DNA of 20,340 nucleotides from IMG/VR virus record IMGVR_UViG_3300045988_068454, positions 1 through 20,340 of that record; one strand, written 5' to 3'. The translations under genes and the position numbers were made by a program. This DNA comes from a virus. Shown here piece after piece: positions 1 to 8,421 of the stretch (position 1 is the first letter of the stretch; each line of letters opens with the position of its first letter). The notes below the pieces were generated by a model, which had not been told where the DNA came from, did not search any database, and was given only the letters and a program-made list of their open reading frames with translations.

Positions 1-30
1 GTTAGGAATAAGAACAACGGGGGCGTGTAC
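1..30. repeat. Left inverted terminal repeat (30 bp)
   Basis: 1-30 GTTAGGAATAAGAACAACGGGGGCGTGTAC is the exact reverse complement of 20311-20340. Identity ends at position 31 (TGATG on the left versus CCCCC on the right). ITRs together with a protein-primed polymerase mark true genome ends. Confidence 0.97.
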
Positions 31-135
31 TGATGAACCTTGACACTACAAAGATCAATGGCTGCAGCATAGAAGTTCGACCGCTCGCTCACTTCGTTCG
101 CTCGCTAGGCTGTACTAGCTTATAAGTTTTCTGCT

Positions 136-168
136 AAAATAAAAAGAGGACTGATTTCTCAGCCCTCT
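136..168 (-). terminator. Rho-independent terminator ending the late operon
   Basis: Minus-strand RNA reads AGAGGGCUGA-GAAA-UCAGUCCUCU followed by UUUUUAUUUU. This is a 10-bp stem with a GNRA loop. The G-U pair in the stem exists only in the minus-strand reading. The element lies about 50 nt after the stop of the last late gene. Confidence 0.8.
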
Positions 169-219
169 ATTATTTATTTGCTAGTAGTCTAAGTATTTGT
201 CTGTCATTAGTTCTAATCC

Positions 220-2103
220 TTAGTCGTTAATAGGAATGACAGTGATTGTGCCCTGATAGTTGCCGCTTGTGAACGTGATAGGCCCGAAGCTGCCAGTGAC
301 AGTAGCGGGAGCTGCAAACTTATCAGAATACTCGACACCAGTAAAAGTGAATGTGTATTCAACTCCGGGAGTTAAATACATATTCGGTTCATAAGTGGTA
401 GTGCCAGCAGTGTCGTGGTCGTTTCCGATAAAATTTCCGTTCTCGCTAGTGAGGGTGTTATGGATATTGGTGTTATTGCTGTTAATAGTATAACTATGCA
501 GAATGCACGGTGAAGAAACAGTAAATTTTGCCTTTGCTTCATATAACTGTTCGCCGTTCCACACTGTATCAGCATTGTTAACATTGTAACTTGTCATTTC
601 ACCTACATTTACGGGGAAATATGCAATTTTTCCCTGAAAATTACCACTTGTGAAATTGAAAGCTCCATAGTTACCAGTAGCAGCTGACGCCTTTTTCATA
701 TTGGCAGATAATGCAAAAAGGTCATTAAAAGATACGCTTGCGCTTCCAGCGGGGATGTATCGGTTAAAGTTAAGGACTTTAGGACTACTTATGCCTGGTG
801 AAGGAATTAACTGGGATGAATTACCGTTAACTGATGGGATTCTAGCATCATAAAATTCGAATTCACCAGAGCCTGCCAGGCTGAATGTAGTTGTAATGTC
901 TTTAATGACGACACCAGTATTAACGTTAAAGTCCGCACTAAACGTTGTAACGTTTGGGCCATTCCATGCATTCAGTGCCTGTGCCTGATTAGGCACATTG
1001 ATGGTCAGCGTTTCGATTAACTTCTCCAGCGTAGTCAGATAGCTTGCAGCTTCCTGTGCGCCAGTATACACGTTGTTGCCCTTGCTATACAGCGTGATAG
1101 CATAGATAACGGTCTTAACCTGACCGCTGGTGACACTTGCATCACTCCACGCAAATGCCTTAGTGAAACTCACCGGGCCGCTCACAACCAGATTCACCGT
1201 AGCGTTGGTATTGTCGCTGTCGTACTCGACCGCCACAAAGACGTTTCTGGTATCTCCCAGACTGTAGCTCACCGGCACATTGACCGTTTCGCCACCAGCT
1301 TTAACGCCCCAGATAGCCACCTGATTGCCCTTGTTGTTGAACAGCAGAGTGCCGCTTGCATCAACGCTTGCAACGTTGAACTTCTTTGCGTACTTGCCGT
1401 TCTGCAGGAGCACAGAACCCTCTTCCTGATTGTCAGTGACATTCCAGAAAGAACCCTGGCCATCGCCCTGTTCCAGCGCACCAGTTGTCATAAGGATATT
1501 ACCAGCGCTGATACCAACATCAGCAACCATATCCTGCTGAGTGTTGTACACCCGCGTGGTGCTGTCCTTGTACCCTTCAACTTCCTGCTGGAACTGGCTG
1601 TAGTCATACGGCTGGAACTCAAACGGTTCCGCGAACAGGCCATTGTCCAGTGCCACCGCCGTAGAACTCGTCTGGCTGACCACCTGATAGAAGCTGCCGC
1701 CGCCATCACCGATTTTCTTATTGCCGCATGTCAGCAGCGTTTCGCCCAGTGCCAGCGTTCTGTCTGCCTGCATATCCGCCTTGGTATCAAAGCTGTGCAG
1801 AGTGTCAGCGTAGAACCCGTTTACCGCCGCAGAGTAGTCCTGCACATTCTTGTTGTACCGCTCAACGTTGGTATTGTATCCTTCAACCTTGAGATTGTAC
1901 TCAGCGACCTGTGCATTCCAGTCGGAACTCTGAATCCAAAATTCAGTGTTCGTGATAGGCGTGCCAGCCGGAACAGTTTTCCGGCTAACGTAACTGCGGT
2001 TATCCGCATACACCACGCTCAGAGCAGCATACTGTTTGGAATTGCTCCAAGCACCAGCGAACTCCGGTGCATACCTTGCGCCAATGAATTTCTTCAAAGC
2101 CAT
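220..2103 (-). CDS. Tail appendage / receptor-binding protein (fibre or spike)
   Basis: Start moved to ATG 2103 because AAAGGAG lies 8 nt upstream, whereas the GTG at 2133 lies upstream of that RBS. It is the last gene of the structural operon. The N-terminus has an aromatic-rich carbohydrate-binding-like segment (GAWSNSKQY...YVSRKTVPAGTPITNTEFW). This is followed by a short YN-repeat coil and two tandem ~55-aa modules, each ending in GDG.GSF(Y/W). The C-terminus is rich in Ser/Thr/Asn/Gly and looks beta-rich. Confidence 0.7.
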   Translation of the reverse strand: MALKKFIGARYAPEFAGAWSNSKQYAALSVVYADNRSYVSRKTVPAGTPITNTEFWIQSSDWNAQVAEYNLKVEGYNTNVERYNKNVQDYSAAVNGFYADTLHSFDTKADMQADRTLALGETLLTCGNKKIGDGGGSFYQVVSQTSSTAVALDNGLFAEPFEFQPYDYSQFQQEVEGYKDSTTRVYNTQQDMVADVGISAGNILMTTGALEQGDGQGSFWNVTDNQEEGSVLLQNGKYAKKFNVASVDASGTLLFNNKGNQVAIWGVKAGGETVNVPVSYSLGDTRNVFVAVEYDSDNTNATVNLVVSGPVSFTKAFAWSDASVTSGQVKTVIYAITLYSKGNNVYTGAQEAASYLTTLEKLIETLTINVPNQAQALNAWNGPNVTTFSADFNVNTGVVIKDITTTFSLAGSGEFEFYDARIPSVNGNSSQLIPSPGISSPKVLNFNRYIPAGSASVSFNDLFALSANMKKASAATGNYGAFNFTSGNFQGKIAYFPVNVGEMTSYNVNNADTVWNGEQLYEAKAKFTVSSPCILHSYTINSNNTNIHNTLTSENGNFIGNDHDTAGTTTYEPNMYLTPGVEYTFTFTGVEYSDKFAAPATVTGSFGPITFTSGNYQGTITVIPIND

Positions 2104-2171
2104 AGTATTATCTCCTTTGTTTTTATTTCCCACAAACCCACCTCGGCATGTTACAGCCTACTCCAAGTACA

Positions 2172-2786
2172 TTACTGTACGACTGCGCTCTCCCACTCGA
2201 GAACCAACTTACCGTAGTCCTCGTTATCAGGGTCAAGTTCAGTGCCAAAGTTCACGAAATCCCACGTATCAGGAATGTATGCGACAAAGTAACCGCTCTC
2301 GTCAATTTCAAACCATACGTACTTAACAATCTTCGCTACCATCTGTTGCAGATTGTTGTCAATCCACGTTGCCAGAGCTTTCACATAGTTGTCGATGTAC
2401 TCACCGTTGAGAAGGTCATCAACATCATTCTGCAGCTTGCGAACAGTTGCAGCGAGTTCAGCAATCTTATTGTCCTGTGCACCAATTTTAGTGTCCTGTG
2501 CCTGCACTTTAGTATTAACTTCCTGCTCAAAAGCAGAAATGTGCTGGTCAGTCTCGTCTTTGTACGCGTCTAGCTGTTTTTGGTATTCCTTTGTCAGTTC
2601 TTCAATGGTTTTGTCAATGTCGCTGTACTGACTGATAATCTGATTGAACAGTTCAACAGCCTTGTTGTACGTTTCGACAACGCGCGCCATGATTTCATAA
2701 TCGGAAGAACCCGGGATAAAGGTGTTCAGGTCAAACCTGCCGATAATGGGAAGAAACGGCAGAGGTGTAAGCGGCTCATATGCCAT
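2172..2786 (-). CDS. Coiled-coil late protein of unknown function (possibly appendage/neck associated)
   Basis: Start moved to ATG 2786, where GTGAGGTG lies 6 nt upstream. The central ~100 aa are heptad-like and charged (KTIEELTKEYQKQLDAYKDETDQHISAFEQEVNTKVQAQDTKIGAQDNKIAELAATVRKLQNDV). The gene sits in the structural module directly upstream of the fibre gene. Confidence 0.5.
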   Translation of the reverse strand: MAYEPLTPLPFLPIIGRFDLNTFIPGSSDYEIMARVVETYNKAVELFNQIISQYSDIDKTIEELTKEYQKQLDAYKDETDQHISAFEQEVNTKVQAQDTKIGAQDNKIAELAATVRKLQNDVDDLLNGEYIDNYVKALATWIDNNLQQMVAKIVKYVWFEIDESGYFVAYIPDTWDFVNFGTELDPDNEDYGKLVLEWESAVVQ

Positions 2787-2796
2787 GGTGTTCACC

Positions 2797-2874
2797 TCAC
2801 TTCCAGTAGTTCACCAAATACTGGAACAGGTCAGAAATGAACTGCATCCAGTACAGGATAACGTTGAAGTTCAT
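2797..2874 (-). CDS. 25-aa hydrophobic/aromatic mini-protein (MNFNVILYWMQFISDLFQYLVNYWK)
   Basis: Not in the ORF track because it is too short. GCGAGGTGA lies 6 nt upstream of ATG 2874. Its TGA stop is embedded in the RBS of the next gene, so it exactly fills the gap between two late genes. Confidence 0.4.
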   Translation of the reverse strand: MNFNVILYWMQFISDLFQYLVNYWK

Positions 2875-2889
2875 GGATATCACCTCGCT

Positions 2890-3225
2890 TTACGGCAGGT
2901 TAATCCAGCCGTCAGTGTGGTATTCCTGACCAGCTGCGGTTGCCGTGCCAAGACTAATGGTAATCTTGTGCATGCCGTCCTTGCTGGACGTAGTGTTCTT
3001 CACGCTTGCACCAGCGGTAGCGGCGTGGTCGCTGGCGGGATTGAACCAACCCAGTTCTGCGTGCTTACCAACATTCGGAAGGTTTACCAGCAGTACGGGG
3101 TCATTTGCATTCACAACGCCGGTAGCAGTGAACACTGCAAACACGCGCAGAGCGCCGTTCAGCAGGTAACTGTTGTCCTCGACCATCTTAATCTTGCTGT
3201 CAGCAGACTGAATGAATTTAGTCAT
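2890..3225 (-). CDS. Hypothetical late (structural-module) protein, 111 aa
   Basis: AGAAGGGAG RBS lies 8 nt upstream of ATG 3225. The gene is tightly packed between the lower collar gene and the fibre module. I recognise no motif. Confidence 0.6.
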   Translation of the reverse strand: MTKFIQSADSKIKMVEDNSYLLNGALRVFAVFTATGVVNANDPVLLVNLPNVGKHAELGWFNPASDHAATAGASVKNTTSSKDGMHKITISLGTATAAGQEYHTDGWINLP

Positions 3226-3241
3226 GTTACAATCTCCCTTC

Positions 3242-3946
3242 TTAGAAGATGCCCATGAAGCAGCTGCTCAAAGCATCGATGATTTCAACATCAATATTGC
3301 GCAGTGCTTCGGAATACTCTTTGAACAGCTCTGCATAGCTCTTGCCGTACAAGCCGCTAACAGTTCTGTTCCGGTTGCCGTTGTACTGATTCTTCTCTGT
3401 GTCCTTGCTTCCGTAAGTTGTTGTGTCGTTGCTGTTTGCAATGGTGTTAGCGCTGCCATTGCTCTTGTCCTTTGTTGCTCTGCTTGCGTAAGTGTTGTTT
3501 GTGATATCACTTTCAATGTTCAACATCTGACCGGGAGTATCAGAGCCTACATTCAATGTGTAGTTGTTGGCATTGGTAGTGCTGTTGGAAATGCTGCTGG
3601 TTGAATCAGCGCCACTTTTGTTTAGCGTTCTGTCAGCAGTGTGGCCATCATTGATAATTTCAGTGATGTTACCACCGGTGTAGAACTTCCACTCTTCGTT
3701 TAGAGCTTCAAACAGCTTGTTTTTTACCGGCATAATTTCAGCCATAGTCATATTCAGGAAGTGCTTGAATCTGTCAGGGGGCAGACAGCCTATTTCCATG
3801 AACATGTAGTGGTTGATAATTTTCTGGTTCAGCTGTTTACGCCAAGCAGCAGGGTCAGTAACAAATGAGGGAACAGGGTAAGTATCCATGCCGATATCGT
3901 AACCGGTATCGATAAGCCTGCCCAGTTCGATAGTGTATACAGCCAT
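3242..3946 (-). CDS. Lower collar protein (phi29 gp11-like)
   Basis: GCGAGGTG RBS. The gene lies immediately downstream of the connector gene, as in phi29. The N-terminal pattern YP.P.F...WRK.L..KII.HY...EIG....RF...L resembles lower-collar proteins of small podophages. The central region is Ser/Asn/Thr-rich and of low complexity. Confidence 0.7.
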   Translation of the reverse strand: MAVYTIELGRLIDTGYDIGMDTYPVPSFVTDPAAWRKQLNQKIINHYMFMEIGCLPPDRFKHFLNMTMAEIMPVKNKLFEALNEEWKFYTGGNITEIINDGHTADRTLNKSGADSTSSISNSTTNANNYTLNVGSDTPGQMLNIESDITNNTYASRATKDKSNGSANTIANSNDTTTYGSKDTEKNQYNGNRNRTVSGLYGKSYAELFKEYSEALRNIDVEIIDALSSCFMGIF

Positions 3947-3949
3947 TGG

Positions 3950-4855
3950 TTACACCTCGCCTTCATCGGTCTTTTCATCATCAGTATAGTTCTTAGTGTA
4001 AGTTGCGTTGTAGCTGTTCTTACTGTACTTAGCGCCCTCAGTAGTGTATGCTTTGGATGCCAGATGAACACTGACGTTAAGGCCGAACAGGTCGTTGATT
4101 TTACGACATGCTTCCTCGCGCTGACTGAGACCGATGTTAGCCAGCGCATTGGCCTGCCGGTCAAACTGCTCTACTTCATCAGTGACGCGGCGCTCTGTTT
4201 TGTAGTCAGCCATGCCGATACCAAGGAAACCAAGATACTCGTTGTACTTGGTGATTTTGATATCCTGCAACTGACCAGCAACAAATGGGGCGTCTGTGCG
4301 CAGAACTTTGAAAGCGTTCGGGTCAAACACATCTTTAACGCCGAAGATAACAGGAGTATTACCCTTGTACTTTTCATAAACAGCCATTGCAGTTTGTTTC
4401 TGTTTCTGGTCTGTAAGGATAAGCACAGGCGTTTTCTGCGCAGAAATGTTGATATCAATTGCAGCATCGATATCATACAGAGCTTTTGCATATCTGCGGG
4501 TGGTGAGGAAGGTAGGGTACATATCAGGAGTGTTTCTGATAAGGACGCAGTTATCTGCATCAATGGCGGAGAAAGACGTTACAGGAGTGATGGGACGGAT
4601 TCTTTTTGGTTCGTCATAGAGGTTGATGCCCTCAAGGCTGCAATTCAAGCCAAGGAAACCACGGGTTTCACTGTTGAAGAATACTGCACGACCCTGCAAA
4701 TACAGGCAACGTTCAAGGAAACGTTCATTCACACTGTCGGGAAGTCCTTCCCACTTGAACATGGTACAGGCAAGGTTCTTTAGTCTGGTGTAGTAGTCAC
4801 AGTAGGCTGAAACAGCAACTTCTTTTTCGGCAAGTTCATTGTCATATTTGTACAT
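3950..4855 (-). CDS. Upper collar / head-tail connector (portal) protein (phi29 gp10-like)
   Basis: AGAAGGTGG RBS. The length of 301 aa is close to that of phi29 gp10. The N-terminal pattern MFKWEGLPDSVNERFLERCLYLQGRAVFF....G.L.L......NLYDEP is characteristic of phi29-family connectors. Confidence 0.85.
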   Translation of the reverse strand: MYKYDNELAEKEVAVSAYCDYYTRLKNLACTMFKWEGLPDSVNERFLERCLYLQGRAVFFNSETRGFLGLNCSLEGINLYDEPKRIRPITPVTSFSAIDADNCVLIRNTPDMYPTFLTTRRYAKALYDIDAAIDINISAQKTPVLILTDQKQKQTAMAVYEKYKGNTPVIFGVKDVFDPNAFKVLRTDAPFVAGQLQDIKITKYNEYLGFLGIGMADYKTERRVTDEVEQFDRQANALANIGLSQREEACRKINDLFGLNVSVHLASKAYTTEGAKYSKNSYNATYTKNYTDDEKTDEGEV

Positions 4856-4867
4856 TTTACCACCTTC

Positions 4868-6670
4868 TTACTGGGTAAACCAGCCGATAAGTTTTTGCAA
4901 AAGGAAGTTAAACAGCTGGGAAAGAATAAGGGAAATTAAAAAGCCAAGTAGTGCGCCAAGGGGGCCAGCCGCAGAACCTAGTGTTATGCCTAATGCTGCT
5001 AGACCTTCTGTAATTATTGCCATAGCTCCTTGTGTCAACCATGGAACAAGAACAGGTTCAATCAATTGGCTGAATGCTACCTGAGTAACAGTGACAACAG
5101 TTGAACATAGAATGTTCTTTGCGGCTTGCTCAAGAGATATCTGACCTTTTATAACACTGCCGATGGATTGAATAGTGACGTTTATAACGCCTGTAGAAAT
5201 GCTTACCACTGCGTTTGCTACATTAGTGTCGCCAATGATTGTAGGCACATAAGACTTGATTGCAGATGTTGCACCATGCACCATGATGTTTGCAACGTAG
5301 TCTATTGTTGTATTCTTTGTTTGGTCAATGAATACTTGTGCCGCCTGTCTTACGTCACCGGTTGAAATTGCAGTACGAACAGCAGACCAGCCGTTATTTA
5401 CAATGCTATCAACATAGCCGTCAAGATAAATTCCTAGCGATTGACCAAGTTCGCTGTTAGGGTCTGTATCAGTTGCGTTGAAAATCCATTGTTTGAGGTT
5501 TGTTTTTGTACTTGCTACAAATTCTTGTGATGCCTTTGTGAGGACTTCGCCAACCTTGTTTTCAATATACCAAATGGAGTTGTCAACAACGCTTTGGCAA
5601 AAGTTTTGTAACGTTACAAAGAAGTTGCCGCCATTCAGTAGATTATAAACAGATTCAAGTCCGTTTTTCTTGATACCATCGAATTGCGCTTGTAGGAAGT
5701 CTGTTAGGTATTTGCCTAAGTCAGAGCTTTTGTCAACGTTGATGCCAGCCAAGTAACGAGTGATAAGGCCGTTTGTGAAACTAGTCCATTCACTTTCCGT
5801 CATTGGGTTTTCTGCTTCTGTGCCAGCAATAGCACGTTTGAACTCTTTAATGTCGTTTTCTGTTACTAAGTCGCATTTTTGATATTCAACAGTGGTAGTT
5901 GTGTGCTCTACAAAAGGTTTTCCCGGAAAGTTAGCTATACTATTGGGATTAACAGAGAAATTAGCTGTTGCATTAAAAGCTGTATAGTCAGTGCGTGTGG
6001 CAGATGTAAAATAAATTTGAAAGTGAAGATGATAACCAGTAGATTTACCAGTGTTTCCAACTGCACCAATTTTGTCAGCTTGACTAACTTTGTCATTTAC
6101 TTTTTGTGTAGGCAAGCTAATCAAGTGAGCATAACGTGTGTAGTAGCAGTTTCCGCTTTCATCTATAGTGTCGTCATGACGGATTAAGATTGTGTTGCCC
6201 CAACTATCCGACTTATAGCATTGAACAACAGTGCCAGCTTTTGCGGCATATACAGGATAGCCAGCAATTTGACCGGGAATACCAGTTGTAAAGTCAAGCG
6301 CTTTATGCGATTCCTTGTATCCAGTAGAAACAAACCACGTTCCAACGCCAAGCGGCATTGTCCACTCATTGGTTACATAGTAGCCATCTGAGATACCATT
6401 CATGCCGTGCGAACCGCCCTGACCAGTTGAAGATGCGACCTTGAGTTGAAGTACAGCATAATCATGGTCATTTGCAACAAAGTTATTTGAAGTTAGCCAC
6501 GGATTGAGCTTTATGATATCAGCGGGGGACATGCCAACTAATTTACCAATGGCAACTAAGTCGTCATTCCAACTGCCCGGGTATTGTGCTTTAATGGTGG
6601 TATACACTGCGCCATTGCCTGAAATTGAATTTTTCAGGCCGTTGGCATTATCTTCTTGAGTGCTTGCCAC
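4868..6670 (-). CDS. Tail-associated peptidoglycan hydrolase: LysM-like domain, M23 metallopeptidase, long helical region, C-terminal transmembrane segments
   Basis: GTG start with AAGGTGGTGA RBS. M23 signature residues are HKALDF ... YAHL ... GNTGKSTGYHLHFQIY (H.xxD and HxH). The N-terminus has a LysM-like stretch (YTTIKAQYPGSWNDDLVAIGKLVGMSPADIIKLNPWL). The last ~70 aa form glycine-zipper hydrophobic helices (AMAIITEGLAALGITLGSAAGPLGALLGFLISLILSQLFNFLL). The position is analogous to phi29 gp13. Confidence 0.85.
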   Translation of the reverse strand: MASTQEDNANGLKNSISGNGAVYTTIKAQYPGSWNDDLVAIGKLVGMSPADIIKLNPWLTSNNFVANDHDYAVLQLKVASSTGQGGSHGMNGISDGYYVTNEWTMPLGVGTWFVSTGYKESHKALDFTTGIPGQIAGYPVYAAKAGTVVQCYKSDSWGNTILIRHDDTIDESGNCYYTRYAHLISLPTQKVNDKVSQADKIGAVGNTGKSTGYHLHFQIYFTSATRTDYTAFNATANFSVNPNSIANFPGKPFVEHTTTTVEYQKCDLVTENDIKEFKRAIAGTEAENPMTESEWTSFTNGLITRYLAGINVDKSSDLGKYLTDFLQAQFDGIKKNGLESVYNLLNGGNFFVTLQNFCQSVVDNSIWYIENKVGEVLTKASQEFVASTKTNLKQWIFNATDTDPNSELGQSLGIYLDGYVDSIVNNGWSAVRTAISTGDVRQAAQVFIDQTKNTTIDYVANIMVHGATSAIKSYVPTIIGDTNVANAVVSISTGVINVTIQSIGSVIKGQISLEQAAKNILCSTVVTVTQVAFSQLIEPVLVPWLTQGAMAIITEGLAALGITLGSAAGPLGALLGFLISLILSQLFNFLLQKLIGWFTQ

Positions 6671-6682
6671 TATATCACCACC

Positions 6683-8323
6683 TTACACAATAGGATTGAG
6701 CTGGTCGAAGTTTCCGAATGTTGCGGTGTAAGACCAGAAGAAAATGCCATTGTTAAACGCACTCTTGATAATTTTCATATCTTCGTCAGGAAAATTACCA
6801 GCAGCGTTTAAGCCCAAAGTTTTAATAAAAGTCCAGTTTAGTCTAGCGTGCAGGTTAATGTTTCTGTAAATGCTTTGTTTATATCCATACACCGTTAAGT
6901 ATTTATCGCACCGTTTCACGATATCAAGCGGCGGCACTTTATATCCATAGGAAAGAGCCGTTTCATTTCCAGCGAGATAAACGTTAGAGGTAGCAACACC
7001 ACCAACAGCAGGAGCTTGATAGCATTCATTGATATACTTCAAATCTTCACTGATAGCGTCATTACCAGTATTATAGATTTGAAGATTTTTGTATGCGTCA
7101 TAAGCGCCAACGCCTGATTGGAAAATGCTGTTTGCCTGACTAACAAGACTACCACCAGATGATGCTATTGCTCTTAATGCAGAGCCTGCACTAAATGCAT
7201 TTAATGTGCCGCTAACCGCGTCAGCAGCATTGCTAACAACAGCAGCAGCAGCTTGGTCTTTTTGGATAGAGCGTGTCATAGAGCTGCGCCTGTTATATAT
7301 AGCGTTAGAACCTGAGTGCAAATTGAAATCGTTTTTGTATTGGTTATATGCCCATGTGGATTCTGGAATTGTGGTAGTAACAAGCAGGCCTGAAATTCTT
7401 GCATTAGAGTAGTTGGATACCATGCAGCCCAGTGAGCCGCTTGTTCCATCGTCCAGAATTTTAAGTTGAACGTTTGCGCCGTTGATGTATTCTGGGTTAA
7501 ACTCTAGCTCTTGCCCATACATCTGGAAATAGCACGTAATAAACGCGCCAGAAAGCAATTTTTTGTTTGTGGGGTAGTATGCTTGCTGTGATGTACCAGA
7601 CATGCACGCTAAATAACTAGGCCTTTTTGCAAAGCTAATGATTGCTCCATTCTGGCTAGTTGTTTGTTGAATTCGTGATACAGCAGAAGCAGTACCTTGC
7701 TTAACGTAGTTGCTAAGCTGTTCGTTCATAGGTTCGGGGTTTACGGTTGTAGCGCCAATCACTTTAGCAGAGCCGGTGTACATTCCATTAAGAACTTGAC
7801 CGCTCATAGGCGTTCCGGTAGGCGTGCAAGTAGCGTAAAGAAAAATTTCTCTAGGTGTCAAATCATGCGTGCCTACTTGATGATAACCGCCATGGCTGAT
7901 ATCGGTGAAATCTTCTGGAACGATATTATCGCCCGGGATATCAGTATCAGAATGGCATCTATCGACATAACTCTGATAGTAGTTGATATCAAAGAACCAC
8001 GTCTGAATAACATCAGTGCTGACATACAGCCTAGTGCTACCATTACTGGCCCACTCCATGCGGTTGATGAAAGCGTAGAACCAGCGCGTTCCGAAGTTGG
8101 AATTCTGGTACATGATGTAGTTACAGTTATAGAGATTATCAACTTCTTCAGGAACGACAATCGTGTTGTCCTTCTTGATGTAGTTGAAGTTTGCATACGT
8201 CTTTACCGTTTTGCTGGTAAAGTATGCAGTTTGAGCTGCGACATTCGGAAACCACAATGTGTTTCTGTAGTCACTTTCAAGCGGCGTACTCAACAGCCGT
8301 AAATTCGTAGTAGGTGAAAACAT
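6683..8323 (-). CDS. Tail knob / distal tube protein (phi29 gp9-like)
   Basis: AAGGAG RBS. The N-terminus (L..PLESDYRNTLWF.....Q..YF.........NFNYIKKD..I.V......L...NYIMYQNSNFGTRWFYAFI...W......RLYVSTDVIQTW) matches the recognisable N-terminal pattern of phi29-family tail knob proteins. The gene lies between the capsid and connector genes. Confidence 0.75.
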   Translation of the reverse strand: MFSPTTNLRLLSTPLESDYRNTLWFPNVAAQTAYFTSKTVKTYANFNYIKKDNTIVVPEEVDNLYNCNYIMYQNSNFGTRWFYAFINRMEWASNGSTRLYVSTDVIQTWFFDINYYQSYVDRCHSDTDIPGDNIVPEDFTDISHGGYHQVGTHDLTPREIFLYATCTPTGTPMSGQVLNGMYTGSAKVIGATTVNPEPMNEQLSNYVKQGTASAVSRIQQTTSQNGAIISFAKRPSYLACMSGTSQQAYYPTNKKLLSGAFITCYFQMYGQELEFNPEYINGANVQLKILDDGTSGSLGCMVSNYSNARISGLLVTTTIPESTWAYNQYKNDFNLHSGSNAIYNRRSSMTRSIQKDQAAAAVVSNAADAVSGTLNAFSAGSALRAIASSGGSLVSQANSIFQSGVGAYDAYKNLQIYNTGNDAISEDLKYINECYQAPAVGGVATSNVYLAGNETALSYGYKVPPLDIVKRCDKYLTVYGYKQSIYRNINLHARLNWTFIKTLGLNAAGNFPDEDMKIIKSAFNNGIFFWSYTATFGNFDQLNPIV

Positions 8324-8421
8324 CTTATTCTCCTTGCCCCTGACCCGCCCTCGGCAGCTGTGAGGATGGACTGCCTACCGTAAGGAGTGAAACAGAATGT
8401 TAAAGTTGCGGAGGGTTTACA

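Noticed and set aside
30-36. CTGATGA on the plus strand next to the left ITR, as a possible fourth hammerhead core.
   Set aside because: There is no GAAA element, no flanking helices and no cleavage triplet in the right arrangement. A 7-mer is expected by chance.
40-45. TTGACA on the plus strand near the left end, as an inward-facing promoter.
   Set aside because: No -10-like hexamer lies 16-19 nt downstream, and nothing on the plus strand there needs expression.
111-120. The 10-mer CTGTACTAGC, shared in direct orientation by the left (111-120) and right (20219-20228) sub-terminal regions.
   Set aside because: Single 10-mer matches are expected many times by chance in 20 kb. The orientation is not inverted, as it would be for a terminal functional element.
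4176-4182. A minus-strand CUGAUGA inside the connector gene.
   Set aside because: It lies within a well-supported CDS and has no stems I to III and no GAAA box.
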